A DNA stretch of 64,000 nt from Octopus vulgaris. Taxonomy: Eukaryota. Positions 1-11,536 of the stretch are shown here, piece after piece. Under the pieces are notes generated by a model. The model made no database searches and was not told the origin of the DNA. It was given only the letters and a program-made list of their open reading frames with translations. Every line of letters starts with the position of its first letter. Within the stretch, counting starts at the first letter, position 1. The position numbers and the translations under genes were made by a program. Location of the stretch: contig OX597822.1 of NCBI GenBank assembly GCA_951406725.2, forward strand, positions 82,026,001 to 82,090,000. The letters run 5' to 3'.

Positions 1-1
1 C

Positions 2-150
2 CTAGGAGACGAGCTTTATCCTGGAAGATCTACAGATCTCAACGAGAATGTCCTGCAAACCCTGATGGAACAAAATCCCACTGTAACTGTTGAGGAACTA
101 GTAGAAAAGCTTGGGTTTGGTCATTCAACCATTCATTGACACCTACACTA
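2..150 (+). mobile_element. mariner transposase N-terminal (HTH) fragment, decayed
   Basis: Manual translation from base 2 gives LGDELYPGRSTDLNENVLQTLMEQNPTVTVEELVEKLGFGHSTIH*HLH*. This resembles the mariner D..RSGRP...NP..T..ELA..LG..HSTI..HL region and contains stops. Confidence 0.75.
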
Positions 151-453
151 GAAGAAAATCACTGTATCATAGTGGTTACATCAATTTTATATTATATGTT
201 CTTCCTTTATGAGCAGGGTGGGCTACTGGACATGAAGAAAATTTTAACTGAGCCACATCTGAAAGGTCATGCACTGTATATCTTGATATAAGGTCATTAT
301 ATCACACCCATATGGTTATGATGTATGTGCCTAATGTACCCTTATCCAACCAGTAGTCGAGATGGGTATATTTGGCTTTGTATATTTGTACCCCAGCATC
401 ACTTTTTGTTCTCTCATGCAAAATTAATAGTAATAACAACAACAATAATAATA

Positions 454-945
454 CAGTTCTATATTTAAGGGATGAGGAATTATGTATATTATTTACTTTT
501 GACGGATATTTGTCCTCATCTTGTTTGTTGTTAACACAACATTTCGGCTGATATACAAACCTTCATCAAGTGTCTTGGGGAAATTTTGAACCTGGGTTCT
601 CATTCCTAAGGTATTTTCGATGTTAGCAAAGAGAGCCCAGGTTCAAAATTTCCTCAAGACACCTGATGAAGGCTGGAGGGTATATCAGCCGAAGCGTGTT
701 AACAATGAACAAGACAAGGACAAATATCCGTCAAATGTAAATAATTTCCTCAAGACACCTGATGAAGGCTGGAGGGTATATCAGCCGAAACATGTTAACA
801 ATGAACAAGACGAGGACAAATATCCGTCAAATGTAAATTTCCTCAAGACACCTGATGAAGGCTGGAGGGTATATCAGCCGAAACATGTTAACAATGAACA
901 AGACGAGGACAAATATCCGTCAAATGTAAATAATGTAAATAATAA
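454..945. mobile_element. Palindromic Penelope-type mini-element (HHR family A): one minus arm plus three tandem plus-strand HHR units
   Basis: About 490-600 is the reverse complement of about 632-745. The unit containing CTGATGA-A-GGCTG..CAGCC-GAA(A/G) recurs with cores at 663, 759 and 852 (periods 96 and 93). Same family as 43580-44054. Confidence 0.8.
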
Positions 946-1424
946 TAGCCCTGATGCAGTATCAGACAGTGGCTTTCATGGCTTTTAATCTTAACTGACT
1001 GGAAGTGTTATCATGTACATTGTTTTGTCTTGGTATAAAAGATGGGCTACAGCAAATATTCTGCTCAATAACACAGATTTGCTTATCAGTTGTATGACCT
1101 TAACCAGTTGAGCATGTCCCTTAGTGGCTGACGATATGTGCATCTCTGATCATGAGCAAAAGTAGTCGGGGAGCATCATAGCCATGTGTTGAGAGGGATT
1201 CTTTGAGGTTTGAAAAATTCACCTCTGGAAACATGGGTATTTTGATTATCCTCCTTAAAACAACCCTTATTCAGGGACCTTTTGAGCAAAATGAGCTACT
1301 CAACTGAAAAAAATTCTAACTGGGCCCCACCTGCAAGGTCATGCTCTCTCTCTCTCATGCACACATTTATATATATATATATATGTGTGTACATATAACC
1401 AGCCCACTCAAAAGTACCTTGGAT

Positions 1425-1775
1425 CATAGGGTGATATGTCATTCTTGAGGAGACCTATTGAGTCAAGTACATTAAAACCAAAATCAAATGGAAATTGTAG
1501 TTGTGATCCTTGTGCCAGTGGCATGTAAAAAACACCATCCGAACATGGCTGATGCCAGCACAGCTTTAACTGGCTTCTGTGCCGGTGGCCCATAAAAAGC
1601 ACCCACTACACTCTCGGAATGGTTGGCGTTAGGAAGACCATCCAGCTGTAGAAACACTGCCAAATCAGACTGGATCCTAGTGCAGCCTCCTGGCTTCCCA
1701 GACCCCGGTCGAACCATCCAACCCATGCCAGCATGGAAAATGGACATTAAACTACTATGATGATGATGATGATGA
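1425..1775 (+). mobile_element. RTE LINE 3' end with (GAT)n tail
   Basis: Same sequence as the 3' UTR attached to RTE coding fragments at 13560-13795 and 38618-40380. Ends ...GGACATTAAAC..(GAT)n. Confidence 0.8.
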
Positions 1776-1786
1776 TATATATATAT

Positions 1787-2060
1787 AAATAAATAAATAC
1801 ATAAATGGAGTTAAACGCAGGTGTTATTCAAATTCATCTCCAACATATGTTTCGAAGACAACATTGGTATTATTCCAAAGGAATTCTGTTAAAATGTCTT
1901 ATTGATGAGTTTGGTTTTTTTCTTTCTTTCCCTGATGAGAATGTTACATTGTTTTACACTATTTTATTCCTTTAGAATAATACCAATGTTGTCTTCGAAA
2001 CATATATCAGAAATAAAAGAATTTGAATAACACCTGCATTGAAATTCATTTATTTATTTA
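1787..2060. mobile_element. Inverted-repeat element with decayed hammerhead (family B)
   Basis: Arms at about 1787-1885 and 1965-2060 are reverse complements. Plus strand 1927-2013 reads TTTCC CTGATGA GAA...TTC GAAA CATATA TC AGAAA, and the other arm gives GAAA CATATG TT GGAGA. Confidence 0.65.
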
Positions 2061-2216
2061 TATATATTATACAAAATATTTCACATCAACCCGGAGTTTC
2101 TACCTTTACAAACAGGGTGTTACATCCTTATTACATGTGTGATTTTTTGCTACCCTGGTAACTGTTTATCTATTTTTTCCGTGTTCATTGTAAATAAGGG
2201 AAAAATAAACACATAC

Positions 2217-2254
<38 letters not shown>

Positions 2255-2331
2255 TGAGCGCCATACTAATACATTTGTTTGTTTGTACTCCACCTGCCAT
2301 CATCTTTTGTTTATTTTTGTAAACCTTCCCG

Positions 2332-2377
<46 letters not shown>

Positions 2378-2869
2378 ATTGTGTTCTTCAGCAAAGCACA
2401 TCATTTCACATTGCTCTGTGATCATTTCATCATCTGACATGTGGCATACGGTGCACCTGTACAGGTAATGTCGATCTGATGGAGGGAGTGAACTTATGTC
2501 TACACAAACATTTGATCACTATAAACAAACCATCTGTGTAGTTGTTCAGTAAGAAACTGTTGAATCCCTCATATGTCGTCTAATGATGGGAGAGTTCATT
2601 ATATATATATATATACATATACATGTATACACACACCCATCCACATATGTATGTATGTACACACACAGGTAAATATATATATCTATGATGGAATTGGTCA
2701 GGGGATGTATTGCCATTAGTTATTATATAATTCCACCCATATCATCTCACCCATGAATTCAATTTCAAGTCTGATAGAGTCAAATCTTCTTTTTTCTGTT
2801 TTTGTTCAATTCCAAGCCTGGTCAGTTCTGACTGAGTTGTCTTATAATCAAAGACATTCCAGTGAGAAG

Positions 2870-3120
2870 ATCAGGCAAAGACGGCTGAAACTATCTGGTC
2901 ACTAAGTTAACCACCACCCCTGGACTGGGAGCATCCAAATTAGTCTTGTGGAATCTACTTTGTGGTGATGTAAGAAGAGGAAAACATCATCACACTTACA
3001 TCAACAGCTTGATTGCAGATGCTGGTCTGGAATGTATCCAGGACATCGTGACAGTGATGATGGAGCAAGAAGTGTGGCGAGAAAACTTTGTTACTATGGC
3101 TGGTTCCAACCTGGTCTGCA
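2870..3120 (+). mobile_element. Decayed LINE (RTE-like) ORF2 C-terminal fragment
   Basis: Translates IRQRRLKLSGH*...SKLVLWN...RRGKHHHTYINSLIADAGL...MMEQEVWR, which is typical of the RTE-type C-terminus. Confidence 0.65.
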
Positions 3121-3684
3121 GCAACAGAGATATTCCAGCCTTCACCATTGTATCTTATATTCAGGCATCACACATCACGGACTACATTATCTAATGTGTC
3201 CTCTTATATTGAAACAGTAAGATTGGTTTCTAGGGAAGATTTGGCTGCTATTTCCAGCACATTGAATGACTGCATATAAGCTCCCCTATTGGCTCTTCTA
3301 TCACACGTACCTTCCAATGAATACAGAGAGTAAAATAATAGCAGACACTCATCTTCTACATTCTCACTGAACTGGCAAATTACGTTTGTATCCTGCCAAA
3401 GCATCGTTTCAGCATCTGTTTAGTTCTTCAGTTCTGTGTTGGAACCATTCAGAACAAGTTTGCAATACAATATTTCTTTTCATGCGTCTTGCTTCTGTGT
3501 GGTCAGCTTACATGTAAGAATGAACACACACGCCCACACACATCCACACAGATACACAGACAGACATACACACACACATACAAATACACACACACACATA
3601 GAAATACATGCACACACATATATAAAGTCACAGACACACAGACACACATATAAATACACACACACAGACACACGCACACACACA

Positions 3685-3853
3685 CAGAGGACTGTCCCTA
3701 GGGTGGCTGGGTGCACCGGGCAAGCTTACCTACAGCATGTACAATCTGACAGTCATGGAAATTTCTTTGTCTTTGTTATGCCCTCCTTGGTGCCCCACTA
3801 GAACATGGTGACCCGGGTCACTGCCCAAGTTGCTAGTACCTTAAGCCGGCCCT
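3685..3853. mobile_element. Short hAT-like MITE, decayed
   Basis: Imperfect termini CAGAGGACTGTCCCTAGGG...TTAAGCCGGCCCTG resemble CAGGGCCG-type TIRs. Confidence 0.4.
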
Positions 3854-3888
<35 letters not shown>

Positions 3889-4355
3889 GGTGCAGGTGTG
3901 GCTGTGTGGCAAGAAGCTTGTTTCCCAACCACATAAATCTGGGTTCAGTCCCACTGCGTGGAACCTTGGGCAAGTATCTTCTACTATAGCTTCAAGCCAA
4001 CCAAAGCCTTGTGAGTGGATTTGGTAGATGGAAACTGCAAAAAGTTTATCATGTATATCATCATTATCATCATCATTTAACGTCCGCTTTCCATGCTAGT
4101 ATGGGTTGGACGGTTCAACTGGGGTCTGTGAAGCCAGAAGGCTGCTTCAGGCCCAGTCTGATCTGGCAGTGTTTCTACGGCTGGATGCCCTTCCTAACGC
4201 CAACTACTCCGTGAGTGTAGTGGGTGCTTTTTACATGCCACCCGCACAGGTGCCAGACAGAGCTGGCAGACGGCCATGGACGGATGGTGCTTTTACGTGC
4301 CACCGGCACGAGGGCCAGGCGAGGCTGGCAACGGCCACGAACGGATGGTGCTTTT

Positions 4356-4431
<76 letters not shown>

Positions 4432-4655
4432 TATATATATATGTATATATATTTGTGTGTGTGTGCGCGCGTGCGCCTTTGTGTTTGTCCTCCCACCATT
4501 GCTTGACAACCGATGTTGGTGTGTTTATATCTGTAACTTAGTGGTTCAGCAAAAGACACTGATAGAATAAGTCCTGGGGTCAATTTCTTCAACTATAGGT
4601 GGTGCTCCAGCATGGCTGCAATCAAATGACTGAAAAAAGTAAACAAGTAAAAGAG
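3889..4655 (+). mobile_element. tRNA-derived SINE (SINE-1) interrupted by a minus-strand RTE 3' end (about 4062-4358) and (TA)n
   Basis: Head has A box-like TGGCTGTGTGG and B box-like GGTTCAGTCC, then core ACCTTGGGCAAGT. The tail ...CCAGCATGGCTGCAATCAAATGACTGAAA resumes after the insertion. Confidence 0.8.
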
Positions 4656-4930
4656 CATATATATATATATATATATATATATGCTCTATTACTAGGAGCA
4701 CCACCTATAGTTGAAGAAATTGACCCCAGGACGTATTCTTTGTAATATATATATATATATATATATATGCTCTTTTACTTGTTTACTATATATATAAATA
4801 CACACACACACAAGCATTTCACATAAAACATTATTATTATTATTTTTCTCATTAATCTCTGTTGCAAGAATCTCCAACTGATTAAAGAAAAGCAAATTCC
4901 AAAATTACCCACGAAGTTTCCCTTTGTAAT

Positions 4931-5295
4931 CACACGGTTTCAAGTTCAGTCCCACAGTAAAGTACCTGGAACAAGTGTCTTCTACTATAACCCCAGCCCA
5001 ACCAATGTTTTGTAGAAGAATTTGACAAACGGAAACTGAGTGGAAGCCCACTGTGTGTGTTTGTATATGCATGCGTAAGTATATATATATGTGTGTGTGT
5101 ATGTATCTTTGTGCTTATGCATCTAAGCACTTGACAATGAGTGTTGGTTTATTTACATCTCTGTAACTTAGTAGTTTGACAAAAGAAATTGATAGAATAA
5201 GTACTAGACTTTGATTTGTTCAACTCAATCCCTTAGTGTAGTGTTCCAGCCTGGCCACACTCCAATGACCGAAAGCAATAAAAAATAAAAGATAT
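4931..5295 (+). mobile_element. SINE-1 copy, diverged
   Basis: Similarity along its length to copies at 8715 and 26386. Confidence 0.7.
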
Positions 5296-5533
5296 TCATA
5301 TACAGCAACCTCTTTTCATTAATTCTTAATTATTGAAGGAGTGTTTAGTCAGAAATGCAGTTTAAAATTTATATATACCGTAGTAATATCTACCCTATCC
5401 CTATATCATCATCATTGTTTAACATCCGCTTTCCATGCTAGCATGGGTTGGACAATATATGACATTAATATATGCCATATCTCTATGTATGGCACATAGC
5501 TATATATCATATCAATATATGCCACACCCCTCA

Positions 5534-5567
<34 letters not shown>

Positions 5568-5594
5568 GCAAATCTCTCTATATACAATATTTAT

Positions 5595-6003
5595 ATAATT
5601 GTTAAAGAGGACAACAAACGTTAGGGCAAGGCAAACATCTCAAGTCATATACATTATTACTATTATTTTTGGAAAAAATCCAAAGTCTTACAGCTGTTTC
5701 TGGGATATCCCAGAGTATAGGATATTCCATCATCAGAGACAAACAGAGAAAATGAGAAGGGTGTAGATTAATGAAATGATGACAAAGAGGCCAGGAGTAA
5801 AGGAATAAGAAGATGAAGAGAGAGAAGAGAAAGGAGGCATAAAAATTCACAGTTCAACTTTCTGATCTTGTAGAAATAAGTCCATAAGCGCAATCCATGA
5901 GGGTTAAAGTCCTGATATGGCAAACGTCCAGAAAAAAGATGCAAACATATCAACGTTCAATAACAGATTTAGATCACCTGTGAACTAAACCCCAATATTT
6001 TGC
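5595..6003 (-). mobile_element. Penelope-like element 3' end/pLTR (family C) with GIY-YIG C-terminal remnant
   Basis: The minus strand near 5890-5925 reads IRTL/PHGL across a frameshift, like the PLE L.T..P.GLN motif. An intact HHR follows. Homologous to 54341-54745. Confidence 0.7.
5685..5740 (-). ncRNA. Type I hammerhead ribozyme, intact core
   Basis: Minus strand: GUCU CUGAUGA UGGAAUAUCC(loop)GGAUAUCCCA GAAA CAGCUG UA|AGAC. It has a 4-bp stem I, a 9/10-bp stem II, a palindromic stem III and a GUA cleavage triplet. Confidence 0.9.
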
Positions 6004-6518
6004 ATACACAATATTTATATATGCCATATTTAAATATATATAAACCATATCAATTAAATGGAAGTTGCATTATCTGAATTCATTGGAATATTATGTAAGT
6101 GGCTGAATATTCCACAGACACAAGTACTCTTAATATAAACTTCCAAGTGCTAGTGTGATTCACTGTGTGGCAAAGCTCAACCTTTCACTCACAAGTATTG
6201 TCCAACTGATGAGTTTCAGTACAGTTTCCATTTCTCAAATACTATTCATGAGGTTTCGGTTGATACCTGTGCCTTTGGTTAAATATATACAACCATGCAA
6301 GATGACTCGTAATGCCATCAAATTTAGTGCACAACATACAATCTGTGTATTCCATAAATACTATAACTGCTTATACAAGTAGATAGACAGACAGACAAAC
6401 AAATAGGCAGACAGACAAACAGGCAGCAGATAGATGGATGGATGGATGGGCGGAGGGACGGACAGACAGATAGATAGATAACTGTTAGAAAATGGAATGA
6501 ACAACATTCTTTATTTAA

Positions 6519-6623
6519 AATCACTACAGTTGTTTCAACCCATTTTTACACCTTTAGTACACTGATGAGATGTGTGATTTTTATCTTACATTCAAGGTGT
6601 AAAATGCACCTCCTCAGGTGGTT
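6519..6623 (-). ncRNA. Type I hammerhead motif with long stem II (family D)
   Basis: Minus strand: AACCAC CUGAGGA GGUGCAUUUUACACCUU...AAGGUGUAAAAAUGGGUU GAAA CAACUG UA GUGAUU. It lies within a repeat (6487-6670) homologous to 10855-11003. Confidence 0.7.
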
Positions 6624-7486
6624 GTTTAAATAAGTCCTTCATTAGATCCTACAATCATTTCATTCAGTGTGAGAATGCATACAGAAAGTGATGTATCATC
6701 TTCAGCAGTTCAATGACAAAACTAAACCCATAGATATAGTGACAGACAAAATACAATTCATTGCTATTATGTTAAACCATCGTTTGGCCAAATGCATTTT
6801 TTTGCAATATTTATTTTTGCTTGCAGTAGCCAGTTCTTTTGGTCAAACTGTTGTATCCCCAGCTGCTTCAGATGCCAAGATATCAAAAATTGTCAAAGTA
6901 TAGTACAACAGTTTTGCTATGGAATGGTGAAACTATTTTTCCCTCTTCTGAAAAAGCAATGTTTTGGACTTACGATACTTTTGCATAATAGCAACAAATT
7001 ACAATCGAAATACAAAATACATGAAGAAATATACAAAAGAAAACAAAAGGGTCACTTTGACAATAAAATTACCATTCTGACTCAATGGTCAGATCATAAG
7101 GAAAAAAGTTCTAAAAAGACTGAAGAATGAAACAAAGAGTATAATGAAATAAAGTGTGTATGGATAATAAAGTGATAGGGAGGTGAAGACTGACCATTTC
7201 AGTACTTATCCAATGTGTCCTTGTTTCTTTTAAAGATCTGAATTACCATTCATTTCTTGTCTCCTGTGATAAAACAATTGACCCCCTTCTAGACACCAAT
7301 GAGCCTCTGTTTAAGGTTCATTTATTACCATTTAGTTCTTATATGCTTTTTGAAACAATTAAGAAAAAATAAGTTAGTAGGTGCCCTTACCTACCCTTCA
7401 CACACATTGCCTCAAAATGTAGTGTATATTGTTATATATATATATATATATATATATATGATTTTATATATATATATGGATTGTAG

Positions 7487-8177
7487 GGTGATCTGCTGTG
7501 CTTGAGGAGACCTATTGAGTCAAGTACATCAACATCAAAATAAAAATCAAATGGAAATTGTAGTTGTGATACCTATGCCGGTGGCACATAAAAAGCACTA
7601 TCCAAACGTGACTGATGCCAGTGCTGCCTTGACTGGCTTCCATGCCAGTGGCACATAAAAAGCACCAACCGATCGTGGTCACTGCCAGCCTCCTGGCCCC
7701 TGTGCCGGTGGCACGTAAAAAGCACCCACCACACTCACAGAGTGGTTGGCATTAGAAAGTCATCCAGCTGTAGAAACATTGCCAGATCAGACTGGAGTCT
7801 GGTGCAGCCTCCTGGCTTCCCAGACCCCGGTTGAACCATCCAGCCTGTGCTAGCATGGAAAACGGATGTTAAACGATGATGATGATATATCATCATCATC
7901 ATCATCATTTAACATCCGCTTTCTATGCTTGCATGGGTTGGACAGTGTGACTGAGGACTGGCAAGCCAGAAGGCTGTACCAGGCACCAGTCTGATTTGGC
8001 AAGGTTTCTATATGGAGGGTTGGTGTTAGGATGGTTGGTGAAGGGCATCCAGCTGCAAAAATCCTGCCAATACAGTCACAGATGTCTGGTGCAGGCTTCT
8101 GCTTGGTCGGCTCTTGTGAAACCGTCCCACCCATGCCAGCATGGATGGCGGACATTAAACGATGACGATGATGATGA
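7487..8177. mobile_element. Cluster of three RTE 3' ends (plus 7487-7887, minus 7891-8010, plus 8020-8177)
   Basis: Shared 3' UTR sequence with (GAT)n/(ATC)n tails. The first two are joined tail-to-tail. Confidence 0.8.
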
Positions 8178-8714
8178 TATATATACCCTCACACACACAT
8201 GCACATCCACCTGTACATACATACAAGTTGCTTACTGTCATTCTCACTATTTTTAGTGTTTATATCAATATATTTACAGATGAAAGCATAACCCACACAC
8301 AATGTACAGTGTATATTTTTATATACCCACACTGTTTCTATACAAATGTAAAAATACACACACACCCACACATATACACACAATCACACACACACGTATT
8401 CATCCATACATGCCCACATATGTACTTCCCACATACATTCCAACCACCATAGAGCCAAGAAAGAAATAGCATAATAATGTAAAATGTAATATATATATAT
8501 ATACATACATCTATTTATATATGCACACACATATACACTTCCTATATACACACTTATTACTTTCTAAAGACAGAAATAAAAGTAACTTAAGAATAAACAA
8601 CACATATTCATTTGTATATGTGTATATATATACCTTTTACATGCATTCAAACTGTTTGCAAAAACAGAAATAGCTAATATGATACAGTTAAACAGAATAA
8701 GATATAATATAGAC

Positions 8715-9075
8715 ACAGGCGTGACTGTGTGGTAAGTAGCTTGCTTACCAACCACATGGTTCTGGGTTCAGTCCCACTGCATGGAACCTTGGGCAAGCGT
8801 CTTCTACTATAGCCTCTGGGCCAACCAAAGCCTTGTGAGTGGATTTGGTAGATGGAAACCGAAAGAAGCCCATCGTGTTTGTGTTTGCCACCCCTCCATT
8901 GCTTGACAACTGATGTTGGTGTGTTTGCGTACCCGTAATTTAGTGGTTCAGCAAAAGAGACTGATAGAATAAGTACTAGGCTTACAAAGAATAAGTCCTG
9001 GGATCGATTTGTTCGACTAAAGGCGGTGCTCCAGCATGGCCACAGTCAAATAACTGAAACAAGTAAAAGAGTAAA
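8715..9075 (+). mobile_element. SINE-1 full-length copy
   Basis: tRNA-like head, ACCTTGGGCAAG core and tail ending GAAACAAGTAAAAGAGTAAAA. Confidence 0.85.
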
Positions 9076-9243
9076 ACAGATATACAAGTAAAATAGAAAA
9101 TATCCACAAGTATCTATTTATATATGGACACACATAAAATTAGTGTACATTTAAACACAAAAGAGGTGATCCTAACAGTCAAAATCCAAACCATGATTAG
9201 GGGTAATTTCGAAGGAATGAAAAATAAAAACATTTACCATATT

Positions 9244-9310
9244 TTGTTACTGGTTTCAAACTTTAATTAGCAAATAAAATAATTTGCTAGGCGAAGTTCT
9301 CATCAGCAGG
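9244..9310 (-). ncRNA. Hammerhead motif (family E), stem I decayed
   Basis: Minus strand: CUGAUGA GAACUU..UAGCAAAU(loop)AUUUGCUA..AAGUUU GAAA CCAG UA. It lies about 350 nt downstream of the GIY-YIG relic on the same strand. Confidence 0.65.
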
Positions 9311-9659
9311 TACCTCAAAGCTTAACATATAGTAATGAGGCAAAATAGCACATGTCTCATCTTTATAACTTTTCAAATCCACCGTGCAAGTGGTGACTAT
9401 TTTCTGAATGTTAGGTCATGGTAGAAAAATTTCTATGATTTTCCTACCCTGTATATTTTTCCTATATATGGACATATATATACTTATAACAAACATTCTT
9501 GGTCTAAATCTAACACAGACATAAGGTAATGCATACGCACACACACGTATATTTGTGTACATTCAACAATTTTTAAGAAATTGAGGCAAATACATACAAT
9601 ATAATAGAGAAAGAAAGATTGAAGTAGGTTGAATGGAAAGTTTTAAATGTTACTTATTT

Positions 9660-10070
9660 TTTACAAAACTGTGAAAATGAGCATTTTAGCTTGTAGTTAC
9701 ATCTTTGGGGTGCCTGTTCACTAATTTATCTGCACACATTTAAATGCATAGGGTTTCCTCAGAACAGATCTTACAAGATCTAAAGAATGTATTATAGAGA
9801 CATATATATTTTTATTACTGACCTTGTGATGTTGTATTGCACTCTTCCTTCCTTAAGTCTCCAGACCAGGTCTGCAAGTGATGTGCAGTGTCTTTTAAAT
9901 GATGCAATATGGCTTCAAAATCAACTTTTGAAAGAATCTGCAGTTACACCAATATATACATATGTATCTGCTAGCATTCTCACTGTCCATTTATATATCA
10001 TGTTCTGAAGGCATTCATTTTGCAGAGGACATACATTCCTGTCCCTGAAACTACAATTACTTACCACACT
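9660..10070 (-). pseudogene. Penelope-like retroelement GIY-YIG endonuclease relic
   Basis: Manual translation gives NCSFRDRNVCPLQNECLQNMIYKWTV...YVYIGVTADSFKS*F*SHIASFKRHCTSLADLVWRLKE...YNI, then after a frameshift SCKICSEE. This shows the Cys-rich linker, xIY-YIG, the R/H helix and CxxC-E of PLE endonucleases. It is absent from the ORF track because of stops. Confidence 0.85.
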
Positions 10071-10230
10071 GTTTTCTAAACAGTTGTAACAAATTCTCTT
10101 CCATTTTTAAGTTTTCCTTTATTGTTTCCATGGTTTTCATTAATGCTTTCGATATGCCTTTCATTACTATCCTTGTAGCTGTTTCCGGTACTACTATCAT
10201 TAAGATTTTCAGCATTCATTTATTAATTTA

Positions 10231-10755
10231 CTAGCAGTATCGCCCGGCGTTGCTCGGGTTTGTAAGGGAAATAACTATTTAAGCATTTTTAGAGAGTTAT
10301 AGCAAAATAATGCATTAAAAATGGAATAAAAAATGATGGTAATTTTTTTTTTAAATCGTAGACTCATGTAGACGCTTTCTTAGCCATTTCTGTTTTGGTG
10401 TCTTCAAGCCATGAAGTCGTTGTTCTAAAAGAACGCTGGTCTCCTTGACAACGCATTACGACGTTGATTTCCTTACACTCCCTTCCCCACAGGTGCAGGT
10501 GTGAGCGTGACGCCAACTCCGCCGCCATCGACACACGAAAAATTATGCATTAAAATGGAATAAAAAATGATGTTAAATTATTTTTAAAATCGTAGACTCA
10601 TCGTAGACACGCGCTAGTACTCAGATGGGCTCGATATGAATCACGACTATAAGATATCCGAATTTGGTTAAACTGCACCGCAAAATGTGGGAGTAGTTAG
10701 GAATCTAAATCGAAGGGGACAGACACTCACACAACTACAGTTTTATATATATAGA
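10231..10755 (-). mobile_element. Non-autonomous Helitron
   Basis: Minus strand starts A|TCTATATATATAAAAC and ends with hairpin CCCGAGCAACGCCGGG then CGATACTGCTAG|T. There is no TSD. The 3' end is shared with 42758-43141. Confidence 0.85.
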
Positions 10756-10900
10756 TATATGTATTTTGATTGTAATTGTATTTTATCTGTTATTATATCA
10801 ATGGGATTAGTTTTGTCTGTAAAGATGATACATCACTTTGGATATACATTATCCCACTGAGTGAAATGACAAGAGATTCTAATGAAGGATTTATTTAAAC

Positions 10901-10971
10901 AATCACCTGAGGAGAATATTTTATATCAATGAATAAAGGTGTAAAAGTGTATTGAAACAATTGTAGCGGTT
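10901..10971 (+). ncRNA. Type I hammerhead motif (family D)
   Basis: AATCAC CTGAGGA GAATATTTTATATC...GGTGTAAAAGTGTATT GAAA CAATTG TA GCGGTT, with palindromic CAATTG stem III. Confidence 0.7.
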
Positions 10972-11346
10972 TTAAATAAAGAATGTCATTCATTCCATTT
11001 TCTATCATTTGTCTATATATATAAACTCTACGGATACTATAGAATTCCTGATGTATATCAAATAGCAGGAGCATTTCCACTGTGTGATGACACCAGGTAG
11101 TCAATAACTGTGGACGAGTTTTGCATAGCATTCTGCAAGGTTTTTATTAAAATGTTATTTAACTACGTACTCTCTCTCTCTCACACACACACACACACAT
11201 GGAAATATAGATACATACACACAGATATATATAGATACACACACACACATTTACAGCCATGGTCATCAGCTTGTATCTGTTGTTGAATGTTAATTTTAAA
11301 CATTTAAAACTTCCCATAAAATTTCCTATCCTATGTTTATATATCA

Positions 11347-11499
11347 GTAAGAAGCTTGCTTCTCAATCACATGGTTCTGGGTTCAGTCCCACAGCATGGC
11401 ACCTTGGATTTCTATTATAGTCTTCTACTATAGCCTCAGGCCGACCAAAGCCAAGTGAGTGGATTTGGTAGACGGAAACTGAAAGAAGCCTGTTGTATG

Positions 11500-11536
<37 letters not shown>

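Noticed and set aside
646-940. CRISPR-like array
   Set aside because: The units are whole tandem copies without unique spacers, the context is eukaryotic, and there are no cas genes. The same applies to 38790-40350.
620-988. 122-aa repeat protein ORF
   Set aside because: It arises from three HHR-containing DNA repeats whose periods (96 and 93) happen to be multiples of 3. The same sequence occurs in both orientations elsewhere.
3398-3436. Hammerhead-like CUGAAGA...GAAACG on the minus strand
   Set aside because: Stems I and II do not pair convincingly and there is no valid cleavage triplet.
6690-7010. Possible minus-strand exon or PLE body
   Set aside because: It has only short open frames, no recognisable motif and no consistent splice partner.
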